Of a stretch of DNA of 64,000 bases, positions 40,710 through 53,058 are shown in pieces. This stretch comes from Psilocybe cubensis (taxonomy: Eukaryota). Within the stretch, counting starts at the first letter, position 1, and every line of letters starts with the position of its first letter. The notes below the pieces were generated by a model, which was not told the DNA's origin, did no database searches, and saw only the letters and a program-made list of their open reading frames with translations. Location: assembly GCA_017499595.2 (NCBI GenBank), contig CM039005.1, positions 1,922,001 to 1,986,000 of the forward strand, written 5' to 3'. Both the position numbers and the translations under genes were made by a program.

Positions 40710-41525
40710 TTAAACACCGTCGTAACTAGCACCGCCAGCCTGTTAAGGGGTAGGAACACAAAGGCATTCGGGTCAGAGTTGCTCGACAACGTTGTATGCT
40801 GGGTTTACATACCTTCCGCAGGCGTATAACAATGGGATCCTCGTTGAGATCGTCTTTCTCGCGAGCAGCGACTTCAATCGAATAGACGCGAAGCACGTTC
40901 TTGACGTCGGCGGAATGCACAGAGATCTATGAAGAGAAACGGGGTTATCAACCATCGAAGGTGAGGATCGCTGTGGGAACCCGGGCGGCGACCTGCACGA
41001 ATTTCATCCATGCCGTGTGGAGGGAGATGCTATTTACCTTGGCTTTCCTCATGACTTTACAATTCGGCCCTATCCAGACCTGTCAGAGAAAAGTAGAAAA
41101 GCGTGTTATTTGGGGTATAAGCGGTGCGAATCTAGTGGCAATGAGCAAATCAAGACGGACCACGAGTATAAACTTCTCGCGCTTTGACTCCTTGTCGTTA
41201 GAGTAGGAGACACGCGCATAAGCATAGGAGGCCTTGGAGTCATCTAACGCTTCCCTGAGCTCAGATAAACCCCCTGATCCTTTCTTCGTGACTATCAACT
41301 TGTCGGATCGCTCGGACTCGTAATCAAGCAACAGCCAATTGGTATCCGACTTGTCATCACGGACCTCGAGGTAAGCTAGAGAGATACGGAGTCAGATAGG
41401 ATCCAAACACGGTGAACTCGATGGATTGCTAGATATGCGCCCAGGTACATCGAGGTCATCTAGGATCGCATCTAGGAAAGTAGCAACAGACCTTCGTTGA
41501 TGAGGGAGTCCGAGACGTCAGCCAT
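40710..41525 (-). CDS. ADF-H domain actin-binding protein, coactosin-like
   Basis: AYLEVRDDKSDTNWLLLDY, GSGGLSEL, ESKREKFILVVWIG, VHSADVK, LRKAGGASYDGV*. Confidence 0.9.
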
Positions 41526-41718
41526 ATTGGATAGCGGGTTGCCCAAGGGTATCGAAAGACTCTAACAAAAGAACCAAAAGAAAGAAAAGAGAATATCAAG
41601 TCAACGAAAGATAAATGTCTGGTCAAGCCCTGCGTCTTCTACGACGGACAGAAATGGACGAGCGGCTTTTACCGATCACATGCTCTCCCAAATGACCAGC
41701 GAAAATCGTTTGCTGCTC

Positions 41719-42405
41719 CTAACTCCTGCTACATCCTCCATGGCATCCTGGCTGCGTGTTTCTAGGGCTTATCAGATATTCACCAGACAGGCTACAGCGC
41801 GATACTATTCAGAGACGCCCTATCAGGCAGCGCGGAACAAATGGCAGCTCGGAGGCGTTCCTCGGCCCAGGTCCATTCTCGAGGACGATGACGCCGTGAT
41901 AGATCTCTCAGAAGACAACGAGGCCGTCAACGGCGCGCATCCAAACACACCTCCAGTTCATCTCCGCAAGCCATCTGGCAAGGCCACACCCCATGAGTAC
42001 AAGGCCCACCGCGCTACAATGCGCAAGTCCTTCCCAGAAGGCTGGGCACCCCCTCGAAAACTATCGCGTGAAGCCATGGATGCACTTCGCCAGTTACACC
42101 ATGTCCAACCCGAGACGTTCACGACAGCTGTTCTCGCGGATAAATTCAAGATCAGCCCGGAAGCCGTACGTCGCATTCTCAAAAGCAAGTGGGAGCCAAC
42201 CGCAGAAAAGCGCACGCAGCTCGCAATCAGAGAACGCCGGCAGAGACAGGCGATCATCGATGCTAGGAAGGAGAAAGAGTTTTCTGAGACCCAGACTGTG
42301 TCCCAGCTCCAGCGAATGCTTCGCAAAGACAGGTTTATCCGACAGAAGGGCGGCTCAGACCCTCATTCCGAACAAACCATCTCGGACACCCTTACGTTTC
42401 AATGA
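41719..42405 (+). CDS. RRG9: RRG9/neugrin-family mitochondrial protein
   Basis: EGWAPPRKLSREAMDALRQLH...LADKFKISPEAVRRILKSKWEP. Arg-rich presequence-like N-terminus; alternative upstream ATG at 41680. Confidence 0.85.
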   Translation, partial: LTPATSSMASWLRVSRAYQIFTRQATARYYSETPYQAARNKWQLGGVPRPRSILEDDDAVIDLSEDNEAVNGAHPNTPPVHLRKPSGKATPHEYKAHRATMRKSFPEGWAPPRKLSREAMDALRQLHHVQPETFTTAVLADKFKISPEAVRRILKSKWEPTAEKRTQLAIRERRQRQAIIDARKEKEFSETQTVSQLQRMLRKDRFIRQKGGSDPHSEQTISDTLTFQ

Positions 42406-43068
42406 TCTCGGCTCGTCTTGTTCAGCTTTGCCGTTCAACGTGCTTCGCTTCCGAGCATCGTCGCAGCCGTCTGCTATGTCAGTTCTTTTTCTATCCTTGT
42501 GATCATCGAATGAGTAACCAAATGATATTACGTAGACCTGTGATCGTCCACCTTCGACGCTAACAAAATTTTGCATCAGGCGCTTGTCTACCCTCGAGTA
42601 GTGAAACTGATAATGGATTCCAAATATCTAGGGGAAAGTATTATACAAGAGAGGCACTAATTACATAAAATCTAATTTGGACAGGTGCATTATAAGCATG
42701 TCAGGACGATCAAGCCCTTCGATCCGTAATATGCTACTTCTAGGAATACATATATCATAATGTTATGCGTATCTCAGTGCGAGGATAGATACCATAAATA
42801 TCTAGTTGACCCCGTCCGGACGGCCTTCTGTGTTTGCAATACATTGTGATTCGTGGTCACATAACGAAGGAGAATAAAAATCGGCGAGTGACGAAAGGTC
42901 GACCCGCAAAGCTGGAGCAAAAAATAATGAATAAACAATTTGAGTGGTGTTCGGGGGCCTGCAAGAAAAGAATAAAGATGGCGTTCCAAAATAAAGAAGG
43001 AAGAGGAAAAGGGAGGGAGGGAGGAAGGAGTTCTTGGAGAAAGAATTTGACGACGTTGTCTAATTCAT

Positions 43069-45091
43069 TCAGAGTCGTACAGAGGTTCTTTCATATTTTA
43101 GCTTGAAGGATCCGGCGGGCGGTCGGCAAAGGAGGATGTCGTTCCAATTGGGAACAGGAAGAGGATTTGAAGGCTCGCCTCGTCGGTCAACGACGGTATG
43201 TTGGAATCCGAGAACGAACATGGCCGTGATCAATTTAAGCTCAACCTTGGCAAGTCGTGTTCCGAGGCATAAAGTCTTGCCTATTGGCAGAATTACGAGA
43301 GTTAGAATACCGCAATCAACACGATTAAGAACACGATTTTTACTCACCTCCGCCCCAGCCGACGTACGAGAACGGAATGTGTGCAGGTTCCTTCCTGCTG
43401 GGATCGAACTTCCAAGGGTCAGGATAAATTTCTGGGTCGAGGTGGACGTCACTAAATGGATATATAACGTAGGCTCCTGTAGGGATTATCTTGTTGTTAA
43501 TATATAGTTCGGGGCCAAGGTTTCTTCTCATGGCGGTGTGGGGCTGGGCGACCCGCGTCGTCTCCCTGATAAGGGCGTCCAGGACCGGTGTTTCGGTCTC
43601 CCAGACCTCTAGTGGAATGGTCCCAAGGCGGGCAGACAATGAGGATAAAGAAGTCGTTGTTGAAGAAGAAAAGAAAGACGTCGGAGATTCTCTGGTGGGC
43701 GAGTTCTCCGGAGAATAGCATCGTGAAGCAAGGAGAGACTCGACTTCAGCGGCGGCTTTTGCCCTCCACTCTGGATGGCCACCGAGATAAGTCATGAGCC
43801 ATGATGCTATAATGAAGAAAGGGTCAGCAAACCAAAACTCTGATACTTCGGCGAAGACGTGGTAATACTGACCTGTCGTGCCAGTGGCTCTCGCCCCGGC
43901 AATCAACAGTCCCATGATGAACTGAACACATGGAAATTTATCAGTTGTCTGAAATGCATGGTGGGAACGCCGCCGATAGGATTTTTAGAAACTTACCCCC
44001 ACGACCACGAGTTTCTCGTCTCCGGAATCCAATAGCATCTGAAGTGTGTCATTTCGTGAAATCCCACTGCTCTCTCTGTCATTGATGGCTTTAATGACAA
44101 TCTCATAAATTTCTTTGGTCGCCCATAATTTTTTGATCATCGCGGGTGTGGGAAGCCATGGCAAAAGAACTGTCGCCGGGGTAGTTCCAGTATCCAAAGT
44201 ATCGTAAAGCACCTTGAGGCGTGCGACAAGAGCAGGATCGTTTGAGATCTCAACGCAGGAAAGACTGCGGATCGTCAACTGAAATAACAACTGTATTCAT
44301 TTTTTTGAAGTTCAGTCTGGGAAGCATTAAGCGCTTTAAGCGAAAGGCTGACCTCATAGACATTTTCAAAGGGATCGAATTTCCCTGAGGTACCCCACCC
44401 CTCCATGATCTTGCGGGTGTCCTCCAACAGGTACGGGATCACTGGCAGATTAAAAGGTCAATCAATAAAATGTGCAAGGTCCGTTCGGCCAAGCACGTAC
44501 GAGAAGATAATGACCCGTTTCTTTGGACATTGGCAAGGCGTTTATGGATAAGAGCTATCCTTCTTGTTTGAAGGTCAGAGGTGACACCCTTCACCATGGG
44601 AATCTATGGGACGTCGAACGAGGATTAATGTGAGGAAGGAAAAAAAATAAGAATAGAAAATTACAGCTCCAGAAAGGATCTTGAAACCTTCAGTCAGATC
44701 CAGACCTTTGGCAGTGAAGAAAGTTTGTCTCGCGGTCTCGCCGGAGACTACCACCACCGTATTCTGGAACAAAGAAATAGAATTTTGATTTAGTAAGGGC
44801 ACCTATGCAAGAAGGATTAGAATATACTCGTAAAAGCATGAACTGAAAGACATTCTGTCCAGTTATCTGAAAGCCCCAGTTAAGAAAATCGTGTCGTTTG
44901 CGAAAAAAAGGTATGATATGAAAGATGGAGTAGCCCGGCAGAGATTTGGGAGCGTCCGCTCCTTCTTTCTGCAAGGCAGAGGTCACGGAAACGATCACGA
45001 GAAACACTATGACAGCGACCGTGAATTGAGTTGCGAACCCCGCGGAGAGAAACGCAGCTGCTGCAGACTGCAGGCCTACGCTGTATGGCAT
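43069..45091 (-). CDS. Cytochrome P450 with atypical I-helix and heme motif
   Basis: N-terminal TM anchor, I-helix GLLIAGARATGTT, ExxR (ETTR), PWKFDPSR, and heme motif GWGGGKTLCLG split by an intron. Confidence 0.9.
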
Positions 45092-46380
45092 GGCGAGTAG
45101 TTTTGTTGAGTCGAGGAGTTTTTTCGGGAGGGAAAGCCTTCGAACGCGTGAAGAGTCTTATAATGTTCAGGTCCAGCCGGGATATATCGACACCAATCGA
45201 AGAATGCCATTTTATACCCTGCCAGAAGTAGCATGGCATGCAGACCCGGTCGAGAGGAAATCATAGATTGTCAGCGGTCGGCAAAATCATGCATTCTCAT
45301 TTCGGTCATGCAACCTTTACGGAAGCGGAATCGAAATTCATGTGTTGCCAATCGGGAAGGGGGTCGAGAATCTTGAAGCATCTGGGACTCTTTTTTTCTT
45401 TCCTTTTTCCTTTCTTTTTGAGATCTAATGGGTTATTTCCAAAAATCGGTCCCGAAATGAACTTGCAACAGGTCACAACTCCGTAAAGCACCTCAGCAAA
45501 GCTTCTTCTACACGTGCTAGTGTAAACAGCTTGTCACGCCAAAGGCACCCACAAGCCTTGAAGCAGAGTTTGCGTTTCACTATCTTGAGTATCTCGAGTA
45601 TTGCTGTCCGGATTCGCCACCGAAACCAAATATATCTGGTGAAAATCCACTTACACCCTACGGGCAGGGGCATGCATTCACCTGTTTGCTTGGAATTCAT
45701 TTTGGAGATTTCCCGTTCAAAGAATATTTGCTGGCGATGAGGTCCCTTATATTACTCTTTCCGGGAACGGTAAACTTACAGGCCTAGATAGAGATCACAG
45801 ATCTCTCTCGACAGATCTCCCCGATCGCTTAACTTGTCTTTCTTGCGGCGATAGGTTGATAAGTTCACTTGGACTGACTGATGGCGACACCCCCAAGCTA
45901 CACCGAGGTTCGTCATCTGGAAAACATCATTTAGCCAGCAAAAAGATAGCCTTTGTGTCGGTAACAGCCTACATAGGATATCCCACGTCGTATTAGCATC
46001 TTGAATTTGAACACGTAGTGTTGTGCATTGGCAGTGTGTCAATAGTCATCTAAAAGTAGCAGACGGAGCATTTGGCGGTGGAAAAAGAAGCATCGTGCGA
46101 GAAACGGTAAATCACAAGACCTAATTCGTCATAAGTCCTGGGCTCTACACTCTGAGTATCCAAAGAAACATTTCGATTTCTACGACGCAAATGTTGGAAT
46201 ATACAGCCTTTAGATCCGAATAACTATTTCAAGAAATGAGTTTCCCTGAAATGAGGCACATAAATCAATTGAGTCTCTTGGAAAGAAGAAAAGCGCCAGG
46301 GACATTGCTTACTTTGGTTATGCATGTTGGATAAAACAAAGTCGCCACTTTACCCCAGATATTGATGCATCCATGCCTTC

Positions 46381-47735
46381 TCATTGTTCGCAATATGGCT
46401 GTGATATACGATATTGCATAGATACCAACACGCCCTGGTAATGCGCCAAAGCTGCAAAAATGACACAAAAATGAAATATCTGATGTGAGGCAAAGAAAAA
46501 ATCAAAGCGGCCTGGTGCAAATCGTTCCGGGATTCGGTTGGCGCTAGAATGAAAGATGACGTGCCACAATAAGTGAGAGGGGGGTCTTAATGAATTTAAT
46601 TATAGGATGGAGAGACGAAGATCATCACGGAGATCATGGAAGAAGATGAAACGAGGCAAACGAAAGTGACATACTATAGCAATGCGCCGACAATGTACAG
46701 TGCACCTGAGAGCAGTAGCCATTGGACACCCATGTCCGAGACGAGTTCGTTGAATTCATGCGTGAGAAATAGTTGGGTCACTGGGACAATTGCACACAGA
46801 CCAAGGCTGATGAAGACAGTTGTCCGAGCGCCTCGATGAGTAGGTTTAGCATATTCAGGGTCCAAAACAATGAAGGCCGCTCCTGTAGGATATTGAGCAT
46901 ACCCCAAACGAATGTCAGACATAACGATCATGATCAAGGAACAACATACCCATGCCCGCCAGTGTCATCGTCGTGAGATAGAGTTTTTGTATGAGTGGGC
47001 TGCAAAAAAAGCCATAGTAGATTGATGGAAAAAATGATCCCACAATGAGGATGATTATTCCGGAGTAGTCATAGGCATGGTAATGCGAGGCAGCCTTGAT
47101 TGATAATTAGCAAGGCAGACATGACAAACACGCAGATTCCTAACCTCTTTTGAGTGGCAACCGGACGTATGGTAGAAAGCGCTCGCCGCGAGGCATATAC
47201 TCGCAGATGCCAGAAATATTCCAATCACTGCAACGTCTTTCCACGTCGTAATATCATGCAGTTCGACATATGTAGAATAAAAGGTCGTCAGAAGATAGAC
47301 AAAGAAGACAGAGCCCCATAGATGACTGTGAATGTTAACTAGAAAATGTCTCTTTTGAGTTTCTTGTGATGCGGGTCAAATGGCTGGCTTCACACCTGTC
47401 TCATTGTGCAAGTCTGCGGTCGTAGTGAGAAGAAAGTTGCATGCAAAGTTGTGAGATTTTCGTACAGGCGTAGACAGACTTCAAACAGCCATGCCAGTTG
47501 TACTGTGGCCTATATTCATGGTTTCAGCGATTGCCGAGGTATACGAGACTGAAACGCACCTTCTGTACCCACGGATAATGTACTCATTGTCTTTTTGCCA
47601 ATCCTCCAGCTCGTCCCAGTGCATTAGCTGCGAATTTGTATGCACCCTACTCTTCTTGGGTAGCTGAACACCATTGGAAGCTTTGTGTTGAGTTGATGAC
47701 TTCCTTCGCGAGACCAATTTCGAAGGAGCCTCCAT
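46381..47735 (-). CDS. PAQR / hemolysin-III family membrane protein (IZH/AdipoR-like)
   Basis: WQKDNEYIIRGYR, HNETVNIHSH, SAFYH, DYSGI, RIPERFAPGRFDFFFASHQIFH. Confidence 0.93.
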
Positions 47736-48812
47736 GTGTGCGTAAAACGTCCGTTTGGTACAAGGACCTTATGGTGAAGTACGTTGAGTGGAGAGACTGG
47801 CCCTGGAACGTCGAGAACGGGTAGAAGTCAGCAGCATTGAGTGCAGCATGATTTTTTGGGGCGTTGGGGACTGGAAAACCATGTGCTGATGTGCCAAAGT
47901 CGAGCGGAAAAAACGTTCTACTGAATTACATAAGCTCTCACGTTTGAGAGTAAGCCTCTTTTCGAGGCAGCGCCAACACACAGGGACACTGGAAATATCT
48001 TGAGAACTCACTTTAACTCCAGAAAATGGCTCAAATTATAGGTGGACATGTGGTTTTCTCTTCTTTTCTTGTGCCAAGATTACTCACATTTTCTCACTGA
48101 GTGACTGCTGTAAACCAAGTTGAATCAAATAATCACCGAAATCTGACTCGTTGATAAACCGGTGGACATTCTCAACCAAGTTCCAGTGGAAATCGCATCT
48201 AGCTCGACACCATCAAAACTCGAAGGCGCCAAGGATTAAGCCAAGTTGACATGAAGCTGACCCTTTCAACTTGTTACAACCTATATGTTGTGGACATTGA
48301 TTATTCTCCGAGGTACAGTGTCGTCATCGGACACCCAGGAATTCTGCAGGCCACAGTTCATTTCGACAGGTTCATAAGCCAACTAGGCCACATGGACTGC
48401 CGCCACCGGGCACTCCCAATACTTTTCTGTACGAATGTCTGGATGAAGATAATAATAATAGAACCGTCTAGCAGCAGCACATGCAAAAAGTAGCAGAATC
48501 TGATGAGCAGGTATATCGTTCCATTGGACTCTTCTCCGGATGTTTCTCAATCGATTCAGAGTTTCGTGGGCAAATACCAAGAGCAAAGACCGACATGAGG
48601 AGGGACTTGAAGGGACATAGCCGAGAAGCAGTTTGAGAAGAGTTTGGGCACCACGGCACCGAATGCATGATGCACACGTTCCGTGAGCGTGGGGGGCGGA
48701 CTCTGCCATTCGGCCCACCTAGGGTTCTTGAGTGACCAGGAAATCAAGATTGGTTTGACATACAAAAAGCTAGATCCCGAGGGAAATGGAGTAGTTATAT
48801 CCGGGTATGTGG

Positions 48813-50105
48813 TCAATCATTATCAACATTGAGACTCTCAAAGCCGACCCAAAGATCGTCTGAAGGTACCTCCTTTGGCCTCGAGCGGTAAGGCCCAACC
48901 TCAATTTTGGGAGGTGGCGCAGTCCATAGGACGTTCCAATCAATGACTGACCATGGTCTTGGCGAAGTAGTATCATCAGAAGAGGTCTTCCCGCCGCCAC
49001 TGAAAAAAGGATGTTGACGGAGAATATCTGATGAAGACTTCGGTGGTACCCCGAGGCGTTCGAGCGGGTCAAGAACCTACATTTCGTCAGGTCATGATAT
49101 CATAAATAGTATGTTTATGACATACGAGAAGGGCTTTAATCAAGTCGGCGGCATCCGGGTCACAGGTTTGGGGCAAAGAAAAATCCAGAGCTCTCACCCG
49201 CTTCATTGTGAGATAGTCCGTGGCGGCAGTGAATGGCGATGTTCCGTAGAGGAAAAAGAAAAGGGTGCAACCTATAGCCCACATGTCAGGACTGAATAAA
49301 ACGACAAGTTTAGCATGATTCTAATCGTTAAGATGATAAGGTAGAATATACCTTTTCGGATTCGAATCAGAACGGGCGAGCAGTTCGGGTGAGATGTATG
49401 CTGCGGTTCCAACAAATGTGTTCGTTCTTGGAGCTAGATTCTCAATATCATAAAGATAAGAGTGTAACAAATAGCCAGCCAAAGAACTTACTTTCCATAT
49501 CTGAGCCTATATACGCACACCCAAAATCTGCCAATTTGATCCGCATCTCACTATCGAGGAGAATGTTCTCCGGCTTTATGTCGCGGTGCGCCACCCCTGA
49601 TTCATGGAGGTATTGAATTGCATCCACTAGCTGTGCTGTGTAATAACGCGCGCAGTCAAGTGATATCGAACCTAGTCTTTGAACTAGGACCTTCAAATCG
49701 CCATTAGTAGCCAGATCCAAGGCAAAGTCTGACGATAAATGTCACCGAGTTGAAATAACTACAGTCAAAAACTTACATAAATGTGTTGAATCCTGGAAAC
49801 AGTGGTGCAGACGAATAACCCCGGGATGTGATTTTGATCTTGTACCCAGAGCAATTAACGCGTCCTTCTCAACCATAGCCGATCGAATGACTTTCTTCTT
49901 CACTAGCTGCGCTTTGTTCAAAACTTTGAGAGCATAATGTTTTCTATTCTTTTTATAAACCGCATCTATAATCTATGAGATGAATGAGAACCCAAAACAA
50001 GAGGAAGTGACATAAGCATACCGTAGCCAAAGATCCCCATGCAACTTCTTCTCCAAGTTCGAAATCATCCAAAGATGCTTGTACTGGCTGCTTTACTGGT
50101 GGCAT
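48813..50105 (-). CDS. PDK1/Pkh-like AGC Ser/Thr kinase, kinase domain only
   Basis: [57 protein letters not shown]. Stop TGA at 48813-48815 shortly after the kinase domain. Confidence 0.85.
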
Positions 50106-50485
50106 CGACGGATACCCAAGAGGTAACCTAGTGAGAAAAAGAAGGCTTAAGAAACTGAATTGGGTCGGCCGATGTGACAATGTGCGTGTCTGTATGTGTG
50201 CGGGGCGAGTTAGAGGAGCAGGTGAACAGATGATTGAAGGTAATGGTTCTGGGGAAAGGATGGAAGGATGAGATAATCATGATCACTCGACTGATCTCGC
50301 TAATACATTTGCTCCTTTCGGTTGTCATTTCATCCGTCGTCTCTCATTGCTCGACTTTCTAAAACCATGCATCGTCGATATACATAGTCCACAAGATAAC
50401 AATAATTATACATTGAATGATGGTTTACACGACTTTACTTTACAACTCAACCTAAACGATGCGATTGCCGTCAAATCCGTAGTGT

Positions 50486-52071
50486 TTAAGATATGAACAC
50501 CTTTCGCAAATCAGAAAATTGGCATGAGTCACCTGTCCGCGGACAGGTAACGATACCCCCATGCTTAGCAGCCATCTCTTCTAAAGCCTATAAATTACAA
50601 TGCGTTTGTCAGTCGTCCACCGGACACACCCAAATAACCAGGGGCAGACCTCTCGAGAATAGACATGACCATTGGGGAATGCCATTGGCATATTATCTTC
50701 GTCCATGATCTTCCCACTTATCCGACATACTATGGTTGAATTCGCATGGTGGCTATATGGAACTTCCCCTGCAAGTTTTCCGAGTCCCAGAGGTTCTGAA
50801 TCTAAACCAGATTCCCCATCGCAAACGGGGCAGTCGACATTTTTAGTCGAGTGGTCAAAGCATGCAGGAAGCTTCAGTGCTACAAGGCCTGCGTATAAAG
50901 CAAGGTGAAGAAGTGGCTCTGTGGAAAGGGTGTTAAGATTGTATATTTCCAAACGGAATGCCTTGGCAAGGGTACGCCAGCGGGATAAATCATATAATCT
51001 CTGTAATGCAAATGAGGCAAAATATACGTTTACTCACGTCTAAAACTCACTTTGTAAGGGCCGCAGGAAGTGGTTGGTGGGAACGCCAGCAAAGCGGACA
51101 GTTGCCGAATCTGAGCGAGATGGGTATCGTGCCATTGAACTAGGTGTTTCTGAGAATAGGCGATAGCTTCCAGAGTCTTTCTTGCTCTTGAGAGTTCGAT
51201 GTATTCCTGCATGCGAAGGTCAAATTCTAAAGTACTCTGTCGGCAAAAGACGAACCCGAAATTAGTAAAGACGCAACTTAAGTAGGTTCTTGATGGAGAA
51301 CTTGCCTTGATTTTGCGAAGGGCGGTCTTGTTTTCATTGCACCAGGCGAGAGCTTCGGTGCAACTGTGACGAGCAAGACCGTCTTCGATACGCCGTATGT
51401 CCGAGAAAAGTTCGATATCCACAAGAGTCTTAAGATAAAATTGGTCAGATAACGGTAAGTGTAACAGCAACCTGGTCATGCTCTACCTCGATCCCCTTCT
51501 CTTTCGCAATACTTTTGGCAGACTTTTCCTTCCCAGTTCTCAAACACCAGTCCACGAGCCATCTATCAAGCCGGACATCTGCCCATCTCGAGAACTCTGG
51601 CTGAGTAGTTGCCTGTAGCGATTCCACGGTTACGAGATGGTGCAGACGCTCCCGCATTACATCTTGGGTCGGTTTCCCTGACGTCTCGTGAAGGTCAGAT
51701 AGCTGTATTCGCGGTAAGACTTTAAATAGCGTCCAGCAAATCAATTGTGTGCGTACTTTTCTCTTCAGATTCTCCACCTTTCCAATCATATTATCAATTG
51801 ATTTCAACGCGTCTTCGGGAGTAACATTCCCCTTCGATGCACGAGATACAAGTTCATTCGAGATATTTTGAACCCCGCTGAGTTCGCGTTCCACGTTCTT
51901 CTGGGACGTACGAAAAACCTTGCGGTAATTCTCGTATGGAACCTACGAACGTTTGAAAAGGTTAACCCCCTGGTTCATGGATCGCAAATATTCAGGAAGG
52001 TGAAAGAGACTCACTCGAACAAATGGCTGCTCAAAGAGCATAATTCCCTCCATGTTTAGTTTGGTTCCCAT
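50486..52071 (-). CDS. FYV10: GID/CTLH E3 ligase subunit FYV10/GID9/MAEA
   Basis: LFEQPFVRVPYENYRK, LisH/CTLH (LVDIELF, ALAWCNENK, LEFDLRMQEYIEL), CPVC, PYSHH, PNGHVYS, CPRTG. Confidence 0.92.
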
Positions 52072-53009
52072 CTTGGCGGTGTTATGTTGTTAAATTCTGC
52101 GAGAATGAGACGCCGAACTGTTGAAAGCAGTCGAAGACATCAAGAATCTTGTCCAACGCAACAGAGGTGCCACTCAGTGATGTGCTCACCCTCCGGGCCG
52201 CTACCCGTGCATCCTTTGTCATCCCTCAAAACCCGTGAGTTAAAGAGTTGTTGACCCCGTTGAACATGTTTGGCTCGATATCTTTCTCGATTCCGATGAC
52301 CTGATCCTTTCCGAACCGCCTTGATCAGAAAACTCCTGAGATGCATTTCTTTTCCTGCGATGTAAACCCTGTTCTGCCGGTTCGAGTCCTGCTTCCGGAC
52401 GACTCGTGAACGTTCATGCCAGAACGCTTGGATCTCATGTTCAATGCTTCACTCAGTGATTCAGTTTTTCCAAGGTCGGAGATGGGCCTGAAGCTCTCAA
52501 CTGGCTTTAGGTTCACGGATTTCTGGAACTAACAACAACATAATCTTATCGAGATAAATGAGCGCGTTCGGGTACTGTCTGTGCGCCATTGGTCCTCGAT
52601 ATGTCGCTCTCTTCTTCTACTCGGACCGAGTACCGATAGTATTTGAGCGCCCCTCTCTATCTTGACGGCATACTAAGCTCTGATATTAACACGATTTTTA
52701 TAGCCTGCATATGCAACTTCAAATCCAACCGAGTTTTGGATGAAAAAATCCATTTGTTCCTCTGTATCATATTTCAGCCACACCTGGCTTACCTCCTGTG
52801 CAACTCTCACCCACACCGATGCGCCCTAATCGACTATTACTTAATGGACGAGAAAATACAAAATATCGTGGCGCACTAATGTCTACTCTTCAATCTGTGG
52901 TCGTTTCCGTCACTCTTGATCTACTCCGAGCCCCTATTCAGGCCTATCCCACATTGTGAAAATAAAGGAAGAAAACTTGCCCTCACCGTCTTTTTTTTCT
53001 GCTACAATG

Positions 53010-53058
53010 TTTTCAACTTGATAATTGGGTTTTCAACTTGATAATTGGGTTTTCAACT
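53010..53058. repeat. 20-bp tandem repeat, 2.5 copies
   Basis: (TTTTCAACTTGATAATTGGG)2 followed by TTTTCAACT. Confidence 0.85.

Noticed and set aside
43069..50105. Secondary-metabolite cluster (P450 plus kinase, with GNAT, OYE and MFS elsewhere in the window)
   Set aside because: No backbone synthase, decarboxylase or methyltransferase; the kinase is a protein kinase and the neighbours are housekeeping genes
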